64,000 nucleotides of DNA, from contig JACPSK010000001.1 of assembly GCA_016193335.1 (NCBI GenBank), positions 111,926-175,925 on the forward strand, written 5' to 3'. A program made the position numbers and the translations under genes. The notes below the pieces were generated by a model that was not told the origin of the DNA, searched no databases, and was given only the letters and a program-made list of their open reading frames with translations. The first letter of the stretch is position 1. Each line of letters starts with the position of its first letter. Origin of the DNA: Candidatus Magasanikiibacteriota bacterium (GTDB lineage: Bacteria; Patescibacteriota; Patescibacteriia; Magasanikbacterales; UBA922). This document shows positions 45,784-55,337 of this stretch, in pieces.

Positions 45784-47295
45784 TTGCTTCTATTGTGTGA
45801 TATGCATGTGTCTTTTCTTCTTCAGCGAAATTTCGCCTATGTAGGCCACCAGTTGGTGCGTCTGCTTAAAGATACCTACGGTGTTGAAAAATTCTCCGCT
45901 TACGTTAGCCAAAGAAGAAGTTACGATTTTCTTAAATCACAAAAGGAGATAAACTACAGTATACTGCTCCTCGATGAAGATGTCCACGAACGATACAAGA
46001 CAGAAAATCTTGATCCCGCGTATCTTGATAAACTCGAAAAAGACTATGGCATTCCATTTCTATGGCATTTTCTGGCCCTCGACAGAGTGCTTATGTTCAA
46101 TCAGCTGGTTCGAGAATACCCACACCATACGCCGCGTTTTTCTCATGAAGAAATGTTGCGGATGATACAAGTCCATGCCAAGGCCATCATCGAGTTCCTT
46201 GAAAAAGAAAAGCCGGACGCGATTTGTTTTTCTCTGGTCTCTAACCTTGGCAGTTCACTGCTGTATCATATCGCGAAAAAAAAAGGAATACGAACTTTGC
46301 TTATCCATCCAACCACGATAAAGCATACCTACATCGTCAGTGATCAGTATGACTCATTTACCGGGGTTTCCGATGTTTTTGAACATCGGAAAAAACACGA
46401 AATACACGATAAACATACCGAACGAGCGCAAAGGTTTCTTCAAGAATTCAGAGACAAACCTGAACCGTATTACACCACAGCCAGCCCAAAAACTCAGCCC
46501 GTATCCCGCAAAGACCAAATGGGTTTTTTGAAACCGAGTCGGATATTAAGGAACAGCAAACTGCTGGCGAGCTATTTTTACAACCACTACAGCAAGCCGG
46601 ACCGAAAGGATTACGACTACATCAGCCCTTGGAATTATCTCCGTGACAGCGCAAAAAGAAAATTGCGCAATTTGCGCGGAATAAACGGCTTGTACGACAC
46701 CGTTGATCTCAGCGAAGACTTTGTGTTTTTTCCTTTGCAATATGAACCTGAAATTACCACCATGCTCTATGCTCCTTATTTCGCGGATCAGTTGAATCTG
46801 GCGCGACAAATTGCGAAGTCCATCCCCGTGCGCTACAAATTGTACATAAAAGAACATCCGGCCATGGTAGTGTATAGGCCGAGACGCTTTTATGAAGAAT
46901 TAAAAAAAATACCAAACGTAAAATTGGTCCAGCCCAATATCATGAGTTTTGACCTCACCAGAAAAGCCAAACTCATCACCACCATAACCAGCACCGCGGG
47001 CTGGGAAGCGAGTTTACTCAAGAAACCGGTCATTAGCTTTGGCACCGTATTCTACAATCAACTTTCTTTTGTGCGGCAATGCAAAGCTCTCGAAGAGTTG
47101 CCGAGACTTGTCAAAGAACAACTGGAAGCCTTTTCATTCGATGAGACTGAACTCTTACATTTTCTATCCGCTCTCTTTGAAGAGTCGGCTACCGTTAATC
47201 TTCAATACATCTGGGAAGAGGAACAAGACATGGAAAAGAAAAAAGAAGGCTTGACAGCTCTGGCCGCGCTGATCGCGAAAAAACTGGGGCTCTAG
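45784..47295 (+). CDS. Capsule polysaccharide biosynthesis protein of the KpsC/KpsS (Capsule_synth, beta-Kdo transferase) family
   Basis: FVFFPLQYEPEITTMLYAPYF...YKLYIKEHPAMV resembles the Capsule_synth FPLQ/HP signature. Track ORF starts at TTG 45784; first ATG is at 45802. Confidence 0.5.
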   Translation: MLLLCDMHVSFLLQRNFAYVGHQLVRLLKDTYGVEKFSAYVSQRRSYDFLKSQKEINYSILLLDEDVHERYKTENLDPAYLDKLEKDYGIPFLWHFLALDRVLMFNQLVREYPHHTPRFSHEEMLRMIQVHAKAIIEFLEKEKPDAICFSLVSNLGSSLLYHIAKKKGIRTLLIHPTTIKHTYIVSDQYDSFTGVSDVFEHRKKHEIHDKHTERAQRFLQEFRDKPEPYYTTASPKTQPVSRKDQMGFLKPSRILRNSKLLASYFYNHYSKPDRKDYDYISPWNYLRDSAKRKLRNLRGINGLYDTVDLSEDFVFFPLQYEPEITTMLYAPYFADQLNLARQIAKSIPVRYKLYIKEHPAMVVYRPRRFYEELKKIPNVKLVQPNIMSFDLTRKAKLITTITSTAGWEASLLKKPVISFGTVFYNQLSFVRQCKALEELPRLVKEQLEAFSFDETELLHFLSALFEESATVNLQYIWEEEQDMEKKKEGLTALAALIAKKLGL

Positions 47296-47332
47296 AAACA
47301 TCTATAGATTCTCTCACACTGTATTTAAAAAA

Positions 47333-47369
47333 AACCGCCCTAAATGGCGGTTTTGTTCTTTGAACACAC
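47333..47369. terminator. Bidirectional rho-independent terminator between convergent genes
   Basis: AAAAAAAA-ACCGCC-ctaaat-GGCGGT-TTTGTTCTTT. Confidence 0.65.
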
Positions 47370-47473
47370 AATCAAATTCTCTCTGGCAAACGGTCTTCAG
47401 GAAACCAGACTCGTTTATCTCTCAAGCTGCCTGTTATGAAACCAGGATAGACTATGGCGAGGATAAGCACGGC

Positions 47474-48520
47474 TTACAGAACATCATAGTTAAATAAACA
47501 TACCCCCTCTTTTTCTCGAACTTTTTTGAAACCGGCCTGAGCAAATAAACCCAGAGAAGCAATATTTTCTTTTTTTACCTGCGCACGAATATGACGAAGC
47601 GCGGGGTAATCATTCGTGTATTGTTGGATACCTATTCTTAATCCGCGTATTCCATATCCGCAAGCCCTAAAATCTTTGGCAATGCTAATGCTCAATTCAG
47701 CGCTTCCGTCTTTTTCTTCACTGAGATCAAAACGAATCTGGCCTACGGGAATACCTTCATCTTCAAACAGATATAAAGTCCGATCTTTATCTTTTAGCAC
47801 GCCGTTCAACCACGCAAGATGATCTTCCCATGTTACCGGTTCAGGCGTAAAAAAATACATATAAGTGCTCGGATCGTTTCTCCACCGAAAGAGCATTTGA
47901 GCGTCTGCTTCATTAGCCAGCCGACAACTGAGCTTATGCCCAAGACATTTGATCCCGCTTTGAGGTGAAGCAAGATGCTCTTTATATAATTTTGACTTCT
48001 TTATCTCGTCATCTAAAATTTCTCGAACTGTCTGAGAACGCCCACCCGGAACATAATCCATTTCAAAATGAGCTCCTTGATTTACTATTCTCCCCTGCCA
48101 GTTAATTTCTTGAACGCGTTTAAGAAAAGTAAGAAATGCTCTCAGCTGATGATCAGTGGAACCGACAAGTAACATTTTCTTCCAGTTAAGAGCCAGTGCC
48201 CTATCAATCACATGCAGAGCTTGATCGCGCGTATTCATGGAATGATCATCCACCATAATGGCCCCTTCCGTCACACCTTGATCTGTAAACCACCTCTTGA
48301 TTTCATCAAGTGGAACTTCTTCCTGGCCAGGCCTCTGGCCTTTCCCAACGAGTATATTGTTCCCTGAAAGCAAAATAAGAGGGGCGTAATGAGCATTGTA
48401 GAGCTCCAATACTTTTGGACAACGATCAAAACGATCCCCATGCAGCAAAACAATAACATCCGATTTCTCGGCTGTCTGAGACATTATTTTCTTTTGCAAT
48501 AGCTCTAGAAGAGCATCCAT
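47474..48520 (-). CDS. Fusion protein: N-terminal DUF218 (YdcF/SanA-like) domain plus C-terminal GNAT acetyltransferase (PseH-like)
   Basis: N-terminal VIVLLHGDRF...MVDDHSMNTRDQALHV...LLVGSTDHQLRAF (DUF218 pattern). C-terminal LANEADAQMLFRWRNDPSTYMYFF...EDHLAWLN...IPVGQIRFD (PseH-type GNAT). Confidence 0.65.
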   Translation of the reverse strand: MDALLELLQKKIMSQTAEKSDVIVLLHGDRFDRCPKVLELYNAHYAPLILLSGNNILVGKGQRPGQEEVPLDEIKRWFTDQGVTEGAIMVDDHSMNTRDQALHVIDRALALNWKKMLLVGSTDHQLRAFLTFLKRVQEINWQGRIVNQGAHFEMDYVPGGRSQTVREILDDEIKKSKLYKEHLASPQSGIKCLGHKLSCRLANEADAQMLFRWRNDPSTYMYFFTPEPVTWEDHLAWLNGVLKDKDRTLYLFEDEGIPVGQIRFDLSEEKDGSAELSISIAKDFRACGYGIRGLRIGIQQYTNDYPALRHIRAQVKKENIASLGLFAQAGFKKVREKEGVCLFNYDVL

Positions 48521-48526
48521 AGCGTA

Positions 48527-49198
48527 TCAAGCGATTTTTCGTACCAGATGAAAAGCTTCCGCGTATTTCAAACCTGATTCCAGTCCGCGAAACTGCGCAA
48601 GTATTCTAAGACCTTCTGCTGAGCGTGGATGAGGATATTCTCTCATTTCAGACTCATACATACTTAACGCTTGAATTTTCTGGTCCATCGTCGCTTCAAT
48701 ATCATGGTAAACCGTGGGCATGAATGTCTTATGGTCTTTGCTCTGCCACTCGGTGGATGAGAGCGTTTCAAAAGTCAAAATTTCTCGCGGCGCCTTATTA
48801 TTGCAAGGTCTGGAAGCGGTAAGAACCGCCTGGAATGTTAAACGATGATCCACATTCAGATCATATTCATGATGTGTGTATACGATATCAGGTCTCTCTG
48901 CGGCAATGAAACGCTCCACTTCTTTGGCGATCTCAAGGAGCGGGACTGAATCAAAAGCATTATCTCTGAAGGAAAGAAAACGCATATCCGTGAATCCGAC
49001 AATTTCCCCTGCTCGCTTCGCCTGAGCTTGCAAAGCTCCCAATTCTTTTGTGTCGGCTCCGTCTCTGGACAAAACACCCTGGCCCAAAATAAGCGCGCGA
49101 ACATTATCACCTGCTCGCACATGGTTAATAAGCGTCCCGGCAAGACCAAGAAGTTCATCATCCGGATGAGCGGCCACTACAAGAATATTTTTAGCCAT
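48527..49198 (-). CDS. PIG-L/LmbE-family N-acetyl-sugar deacetylase
   Basis: MAKNILVVAAHPDDELLGLAGTL (HPDDE metal site), later HxxH and DH motifs. Confidence 0.85.
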   Translation of the reverse strand: MAKNILVVAAHPDDELLGLAGTLINHVRAGDNVRALILGQGVLSRDGADTKELGALQAQAKRAGEIVGFTDMRFLSFRDNAFDSVPLLEIAKEVERFIAAERPDIVYTHHEYDLNVDHRLTFQAVLTASRPCNNKAPREILTFETLSSTEWQSKDHKTFMPTVYHDIEATMDQKIQALSMYESEMREYPHPRSAEGLRILAQFRGLESGLKYAEAFHLVRKIA

Positions 49199-49202
49199 AT
49201 AC

Positions 49203-49907
49203 TTATTTTTTACGAATAATTACTTGGGCGCTGACAGAATCTCCCTGATTCTTTGCAGCCTTAAATTCAAACCGAGCCGCTTTGGTTTCCAAAAAAGCCG
49301 ATGGATAACCTTCCGCGTCAAGCATGCGTATGTAATCATATATCTTCTCAAGATCCTCCAGGTTTTCCATATTCCCTTCCTCCGGTTTTCTGCGCGAAAA
49401 TTCGACCACTTCACCTTTTTGAGGCTTGGGTTCTGGCTCTTGAGAAACAATCTCAGGAATCATGTCTTGAAATACGAGATCCGAAGCGCGGCGAAAAATA
49501 TCTTCAGCAGAACCGGCAAGCGAAAGAGATTTTTTCATATATATGTCACCCGTGTCCATGCCTTCGGCAACTTTAAGAGCGGAAACCTTGGTCTCTTTTA
49601 ACCCGCGAACAATTAAATTCTGCAAAGGACTTCCTCCCCTCCCATAGGGCAAGTCAGTCATATGAAATACCACACATTCGTAGGATTCATGCAATTCTCT
49701 TCTAATAATCCAGGACCAATGTGGAAAAAAAATATAGCGCGGGTTAATCTCTCGCACGCGCTCCGCGCTCAATTCATCTTTATGATCAATAAGAAACCAA
49801 TGATTTTGTGAATCAGAAGAACAAAACTTTTTAAAATTTTCTATATTCCACGATTTGACGGTAACCACTAAATAATTCATAAAAATTATTTTTGAATCAT
49901 ATCCCAC
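49203..49907 (-). CDS. Formyltransferase-domain protein (second copy in the locus)
   Basis: VVFHMTDLPYGRGGSPLQNLIVRG...DTGDIYMK: the formyl_trans_N HxSLLPxxRG-like motif plus Asp. Confidence 0.65.
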   Translation of the reverse strand: MGYDSKIIFMNYLVVTVKSWNIENFKKFCSSDSQNHWFLIDHKDELSAERVREINPRYIFFPHWSWIIRRELHESYECVVFHMTDLPYGRGGSPLQNLIVRGLKETKVSALKVAEGMDTGDIYMKKSLSLAGSAEDIFRRASDLVFQDMIPEIVSQEPEPKPQKGEVVEFSRRKPEEGNMENLEDLEKIYDYIRMLDAEGYPSAFLETKAARFEFKAAKNQGDSVSAQVIIRKK

Positions 49908-50989
49908 ATGAGCGGGGTCCCGCGTTCAATATCCTGTGTAGCCATTTTTCCAATAATTTCTTCATAATATTTCGGTTCGAGCCCGAAACGAGGGCGTATC
50001 ACCCGCATGTTTTCTTCATTAAATGTGTCTCCCTTTTTTATTTCTCGGACCGCAAAAATAGATCTCTGGTACTTGGCGTTATCTTGCTCTGCCTTACATT
50101 TTACGCCGTATTTTACTTCGCCGAGCGCGCTTTCGGCTTTACGGATTGCATGCACCAAAGCTTTGAAATGGTCAGGTCCCAAGGAAAAATCCCCGTCTAT
50201 CACTTTGTCGTCCGTTGAAGCGACCATATGTTTTTCCAAAACTGAAGCGCCCATCATTACGGCTTGGAGAGGAATTTCAGTGCCTGTATTATTATCGGAA
50301 AAACCAACAACCGTGCCAAAACGTTCCCGCAAATCGAGCATGGTTTTCAGATTGGCGTCTTCTGGTTTTGGACTTTTCGAATATGCGGTGGTGCAATGCA
50401 AAAGAACAATATCTTTTGTTCCATATGAACGGAGCGTTTCCACGGCCAATTCTATTTCCTGGAGCGTGGAAAAGCCAACAGACATAATAACCGGCTTGCC
50501 TGTTTTTGCCACACGTTTCAAAAAGGGAATATGAGTGGTTTCGTATGAAGCGACTTTGTAGAGGGGAACTCCAAGCCCTTCGAGAAAATCAACCGCAGTC
50601 TCTTCATAAGGAGTTGAAAAAAAGACCATCCCAAGCTCTTCGGTGATTTTTTTCAAATCCGCGTGCCAGGCATAAGGCGTCTGGGCCTTTTGGTACAAAG
50701 CATACAAGGACATCCCCTTCCATGTGTCAGGGTTATCTTCCCCCCCGATCATGTCGCCTACCATGAAGTATCTTTTATCCGAATCAATAGTCATGGTATC
50801 TGGCGTATAGGTTTGTATTTTTACCGCGTCAGCCCCGCTTGCGGCAGCGGCCCGTATAATTTCCACTGCTTTATCAAAATTGCCATTATGATTCGCGGAA
50901 AGTTCTGCTATAACAAAACAAGGATAGCCCGGTCCTATCTCGCGCGCTCCCTTGGGGGTCTGAATACTGAAATGAGGTTGATGTTCCAT
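49886..50989 (-). CDS. pseI: Nonulosonic acid synthase (NeuB/PseI/LegI family, TIM barrel plus C-terminal SAF domain)
   Basis: FVIAELSANHNG, KIQTY, GFSDNNTG, C-terminal SAF/antifreeze-like RVIRPRFGLEP; 367 aa. Confidence 0.9.
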   Translation of the reverse strand: MEHQPHFSIQTPKGAREIGPGYPCFVIAELSANHNGNFDKAVEIIRAAAASGADAVKIQTYTPDTMTIDSDKRYFMVGDMIGGEDNPDTWKGMSLYALYQKAQTPYAWHADLKKITEELGMVFFSTPYEETAVDFLEGLGVPLYKVASYETTHIPFLKRVAKTGKPVIMSVGFSTLQEIELAVETLRSYGTKDIVLLHCTTAYSKSPKPEDANLKTMLDLRERFGTVVGFSDNNTGTEIPLQAVMMGASVLEKHMVASTDDKVIDGDFSLGPDHFKALVHAIRKAESALGEVKYGVKCKAEQDNAKYQRSIFAVREIKKGDTFNEENMRVIRPRFGLEPKYYEEIIGKMATQDIERGTPLMWDMIQK

Positions 50990-51004
50990 ATCTCGCCCGA
51001 TATA

Positions 51005-52171
51005 TTAGAAAGAATATAATACTTTCCTTAAGGTTTCAATCACTTCATCCTGCTCCCTCTTCGTCAAGTCCGGATATATAGGCAAACTCATGATGGATTC
51101 GTAAAAAGCTTCTGCCTTGGGAAACATGCCAACCGAAAATCCGAGGTCCTCATAAAAGGGATGCGTATGCACGGGAATATGATGTATCTGAACTCCGATC
51201 CCTGCTTCACGCAATCTTTTTGCCACTTCGTCTCTATTGGCTGCCATGTTTTTTGCAAGACGTATCACAAACAAATGCCAAGATGATTGGTGATCCACGT
51301 CATCTCGCGACGGAAGAATCACAGTATTGCAGTCCTTGAGCGCTTCATGATAATAAGAAGCTATATGCCTTCTTTTTTCTATAAACAAATCCAAACGTCT
51401 TAACTGACTCAGGCCAAGGGCGCTCTGGATATCGGTAAGCCGATAATTATAGCCAAGGTCCTGCATCTCGAAATACCAATCCCCTCTCGAAGCATGCTTA
51501 AAATTCTGTTTTGTCACTCCGTGAGTTATGAAACGCTTCATCGCGGCATAATAATCTTCGTTGTCGGTTAATATGGCTCCGCCTTCTCCGGTAGTGATAC
51601 TTTTTACTGGATGAAAACTGAAGGTGGACAAATCGTTAAGAGCACCTATCGGCTTTCCCTTGTATCGAGCCCCCAGAGCTTGACAAGCGTCTTCGATTAC
51701 CAACAATCCATGTCTCTTTGCTATTGTTTTTATCTCATCGAGATCGGCAGGTCTTCCGGTGTAATCAATGGGTACAATCGCTTTGGTTCTTTCAGTTAGA
51801 GCGGCTTCTATAAGACTGGCATCAATGTTGCCTGTATTTTCGTCTATATCCACAAAAACCGGCTTGGCACCAACAAAAATACCCGCGTTTGTCGTGGCCA
51901 CGAAGGTCATGGGCGAAGTAATAAACTCATCATCAGGACCTAAGCCTCCGGCTATGAACGCGGCATGCAAAGCTGCCGTTCCGTTTGAAACCGTAACCGC
52001 GTAAGACGCCCCGCAATAGGATGCGAGCGCCTTCTCAAACTCAATAACATGAGGCCCCTGCGTAAGCCAATCAGAACGCAGGACCCGAGTTAGCGCCTCT
52101 ATGTCTTCTTCATTAATTGATTGGCGTCCGTAGGGTATCATAGAAATAAATTCATCTTCTTTAATGTTCAA
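51005..52171 (-). CDS. pseC: DegT-family aminotransferase, PseC-type (UDP-4-keto-6-deoxy sugar 4-aminotransferase)
   Basis: MIPYGRQSINEEDIEAL is the PseC/LegC N-terminal pattern (true start probably this Met at 52141). FHPVKSITTGEGG is the PLP-Lys context. Confidence 0.85.
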   Translation of the reverse strand: MNIKEDEFISMIPYGRQSINEEDIEALTRVLRSDWLTQGPHVIEFEKALASYCGASYAVTVSNGTAALHAAFIAGGLGPDDEFITSPMTFVATTNAGIFVGAKPVFVDIDENTGNIDASLIEAALTERTKAIVPIDYTGRPADLDEIKTIAKRHGLLVIEDACQALGARYKGKPIGALNDLSTFSFHPVKSITTGEGGAILTDNEDYYAAMKRFITHGVTKQNFKHASRGDWYFEMQDLGYNYRLTDIQSALGLSQLRRLDLFIEKRRHIASYYHEALKDCNTVILPSRDDVDHQSSWHLFVIRLAKNMAANRDEVAKRLREAGIGVQIHHIPVHTHPFYEDLGFSVGMFPKAEAFYESIMSLPIYPDLTKREQDEVIETLRKVLYSF

Positions 52172-53357
52172 GAGCTAATACTGTTCTTATGGCCCCATCA
52201 AGCTTATAAATTTGTTTTTCAGGATTCATCTCGTCCTCTCCCAGCCGTTCGTAACATTTCCGAGACAGATTTTTTCTAAGTTCTGAGCTGGAGCCCAATC
52301 TTTCTATGATTCGGGCAAGAGCGTCTACATCTCGATAAGGAAAGTACAAAGCCCCGCCTTTGGCGTTCCACTCCAGGCCTCCGCCTCCCGGCAAAATGGA
52401 CGGAACTCCAAAAGCGAGAGCGTAAATAAGAGAAATCGAAGTACCGGCCGGCCACCAATCTGCTTGTATAAATATATCGGCCTTCTTATAATTTTGATAC
52501 AACTGTTCTTTTGAAACCCAACCCGGAAGTTCAACATATTTTTCCAAATTCAAATCTTTTATCATGGCCCGTACATGGGTTTCTTCAGGTCCTTTGCCGC
52601 CCAGCACAAGATGAAAGGCTTCTTTATTTTTGAGACGGGAAAAAGCTGAAAGCAAAATATCAAAACCTTTGCCCGGGGACATTCTGCTCGAATAAAACAA
52701 AATAATAGGGCCGCTGTGATCAGCGCGCTTGGAATATGAATCTTCGGCAATGCCAGCGTCTCGCATTATCTTCTTGGTATCTATAGGGTCCCCAACCACT
52801 ACATCCGTTTCAGCATGACGCAAACCAAAATCTTCATACATGGTTCTCAAGGTAGGACTTACGAATGAAAAAAGGTCTATACGATTCGCCAAAAAAACGC
52901 CGAAAACACGTTCCGTAAGCCAACGCGTTTTTGCTTTGATTTTTTTCAAAAATGAAAGCTTCAGCCGCGGAAATAAACTTGATTCGTATTGTTCCCAACA
53001 GCTCAAATATTGATTGAAAAAAGCCACCACTGGTTTCTTTCCGCCCAAAAATCTGTATAAACCGGCGCTATACATAAACATATGGGCCTCAACGTGGAAT
53101 ATATCTGCGTCGTTCTCATATCTTCGTAAAAGCAGAAACATGGCTTTCTGCAAACTAAACATACTTGGAGAGTCAAGCCGTTCTTCTATAACTCTGTATG
53201 GAAGTTCAAAAGGAATGTCATTCTCAGAAGAAAACGCAGTGATGACCGTTACTTTGTTACCGAATTTTTGTAAAGTGCGGATAATAAGATCAATTTCCTC
53301 GACCGAACCCCCGGCCGAACGAAAATTAAGCTTCGAAGTGACAATATAAATGTTCAT
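52161..53357 (-). CDS. Glycosyltransferase family 4
   Basis: 398 aa GT-B. C-terminal LVLGGKGPE...ADIFIQ...GTSISLIYALAFGVPSI. Confidence 0.75.
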   Translation of the reverse strand: MNIYIVTSKLNFRSAGGSVEEIDLIIRTLQKFGNKVTVITAFSSENDIPFELPYRVIEERLDSPSMFSLQKAMFLLLRRYENDADIFHVEAHMFMYSAGLYRFLGGKKPVVAFFNQYLSCWEQYESSLFPRLKLSFLKKIKAKTRWLTERVFGVFLANRIDLFSFVSPTLRTMYEDFGLRHAETDVVVGDPIDTKKIMRDAGIAEDSYSKRADHSGPIILFYSSRMSPGKGFDILLSAFSRLKNKEAFHLVLGGKGPEETHVRAMIKDLNLEKYVELPGWVSKEQLYQNYKKADIFIQADWWPAGTSISLIYALAFGVPSILPGGGGLEWNAKGGALYFPYRDVDALARIIERLGSSSELRKNLSRKCYERLGEDEMNPEKQIYKLDGAIRTVLALEH

Positions 53358-53944
53358 AGATCAGAATTCTTCCCATAACCCAGCTTTCGCGCATAAGACA
53401 ACATTTGGTCTTTGGGGCGTTTCTTGATAGGACGCGCGGGAGATCCTGCATAAATGGTCCAAGGTTCGGTATTTTCTTTTAATACGGACAAAGCGCCGAG
53501 CACAGAACCTTGAGCCAGCGTTAGACCAGGAAAGATGACGGCATTTGCTCCTACATTCGCAAAATCTTCCAATACTATGGGTTCGCGTTTCACGCGTGTG
53601 TACTCGGGATCAATGCCCGGCGCGCTGATGAGGCCGTCTCCGAGAAAACGGTCTGATCCGCATAAGAGTTTAGCCCCCAAAGCTATAGTGGTAAAGTCAC
53701 CCATTTTGAAATAAGCTTCGGCACCGCCGATAACGCAGACATAAGGCCCTATATGAATGTAATTGCCAATATCAGCGGCCGTGCTTATATAAAAACCCGA
53801 ATCAATCGCCACATGATTTCCTATGCTGACCAAATGAGGACGACGTATCTCTACCCGCTCACTTATAAAAACATCAATCCCCACCGACTTTAACCGGGAA
53901 CTGTCGTAACGAGGAGTAATTTCAGGCATTTTAGGCAAGCTCAT
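53354..53944 (-). CDS. Hexapeptide-repeat (left-handed beta-helix) sugar N-acetyltransferase (PglD/NeuD/WbpD-like)
   Basis: Start at MSLPKMPEITPRY (ATG complement 53944-53942). Repeats IGNHVAIDSGFYI, IGNYIHIGPYVCVIGG, ANVGANAVIFPGLTLAQGSVLGA. Confidence 0.8.
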   Translation of the reverse strand: MSLPKMPEITPRYDSSRLKSVGIDVFISERVEIRRPHLVSIGNHVAIDSGFYISTAADIGNYIHIGPYVCVIGGAEAYFKMGDFTTIALGAKLLCGSDRFLGDGLISAPGIDPEYTRVKREPIVLEDFANVGANAVIFPGLTLAQGSVLGALSVLKENTEPWTIYAGSPARPIKKRPKDQMLSYARKLGYGKNSDL

Positions 53945-53949
53945 AATGA

Positions 53950-53978
53950 TTGACACTGGGATAATTTGAATATATAGT
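53950..53978 (+). promoter_or_regulatory. Near-consensus sigma-70 promoter TTGACA-17-TATAGT for the C-methyltransferase gene
   Basis: aTTGACActgggataatttgaataTATAGTa. The -35 box overlaps the divergent acetyltransferase start codon. Confidence 0.55.
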
Positions 53979-54098
53979 ATATACCAATTTAAAGCTATGA
54001 CGCAAGCATGGTATGTTATATCCGCAGTTTCAAATTTTGTGCAAAAGCCATATTTCAACTACTAACAAATATATTCAAAAATACCAAAAAACTGTTTT

Positions 54099-55337
54099 AT
54101 GCAATCCATCGGTCCTCTAACCGAATGCCAAATCTGCGAAGATACCCGTCTCACTTCTATTTTAGATCTGGGCCATCAGGCTCCTGTTCATGCTCATCTT
54201 TCGAAAGAACAACTTCGGCTTCCTGAAAATACCTTCCCTTTGCGTCTCGTTCTCTGCCAAAATTGCGGTTTGGTCCAGCTTGATTATATTGGGGATCCTT
54301 CTGTAATCTTCCCTCCCGAATATCCATATCAGACCGGCATGACGCGCATGCTGGTAAAAAATTTTCAGGAGCTCTCTGAAACGCTCTTAAGGTCTTATCA
54401 GATACCTGCCGGGGCTTTAATCGTAGATATTGGCTCCAATGACGGAACCCTCTTAAAGCCATTCAAAGACCAAGGCCTGCGAGTACTTGGCATTGAACCG
54501 ACAAACGTGGCCCGTGTTGCCAATAAACAAGGCATACGAACCATACAAGAATATATAAATCTTGCTGTAGCGACTCAAGCGGTAGAAGATCATGGAAAAG
54601 CTTCTATCGTAACGCTTGCCAATGCTTTCGCGCACATTTTCAATCTCTTTGAGCTCATGGACTCCATCAAGATTCTGCTTGCAGATGACGGCATATTCGT
54701 GAGCGAATCTCAATACTTGGTAGACGCAATCGAAAAAACCGCTTTTGATACGATTTATCACGAACATATACGTTTTTATTCGCTCAGTTCGCTTGAAGCG
54801 CTTTTTTCACGTTGCGGTTTTTCCATAATTGACGCCGAAAGAATACCGGCGGCCGGAGGCTCTATACGGGTCGTGGCGAAAAAAGGAAAACACGAGATGA
54901 GCACACGCGCAAAAACCATTCTGAAACATGAATGCTCAATAAGGGCCACATCCTCCGACACTTTGCACCATTTCGCAAGCAGCGCGATGAAATCAAAACT
55001 TTCTCTCATGCGCCTGCTCTCTGAATTAAAAATGAAAGGCGCTCGAATCGCGGCTCTCGGCGCGCCGGCTCGAGGAAACTCTCTCTTGAGTTCTGTACAT
55101 ATCGGACCGGAGCTTGTTGATTATGCCTGTGAAAAGACAGGCTCTCCAAAAATCGGCCTCTTCACGCCGGGGACCCACATACCGATCATGGATGAAAAAA
55201 AACTTTTTGAAGAACAACCAGAATATCTCCTCGTTCTCTCTTGGCATATAGGAGAAGAGCTCATCAATAAAATGCGTGAGCTGGGCTATAGAGGTCATTT
55301 CATCATTCCCTTGCCAGAGCCTCATCTCGTTAAATAA
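54099..55337 (+). CDS. Sugar C-methyltransferase (TylC3/NovU-type: N-terminal Zn ribbon, class I MTase, C-methyltransferase C-terminal domain)
   Basis: CQICEDTRLTSILDLGHQAPV...CQNCGLVQL (Zn ribbon), LIVDIGSNDGT (motif I), C-terminal domain ARIAALGAPARGNSLL. Only plus-strand gene in this stretch. Confidence 0.7.
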   Translation: MQSIGPLTECQICEDTRLTSILDLGHQAPVHAHLSKEQLRLPENTFPLRLVLCQNCGLVQLDYIGDPSVIFPPEYPYQTGMTRMLVKNFQELSETLLRSYQIPAGALIVDIGSNDGTLLKPFKDQGLRVLGIEPTNVARVANKQGIRTIQEYINLAVATQAVEDHGKASIVTLANAFAHIFNLFELMDSIKILLADDGIFVSESQYLVDAIEKTAFDTIYHEHIRFYSLSSLEALFSRCGFSIIDAERIPAAGGSIRVVAKKGKHEMSTRAKTILKHECSIRATSSDTLHHFASSAMKSKLSLMRLLSELKMKGARIAALGAPARGNSLLSSVHIGPELVDYACEKTGSPKIGLFTPGTHIPIMDEKKLFEEQPEYLLVLSWHIGEELINKMRELGYRGHFIIPLPEPHLVK

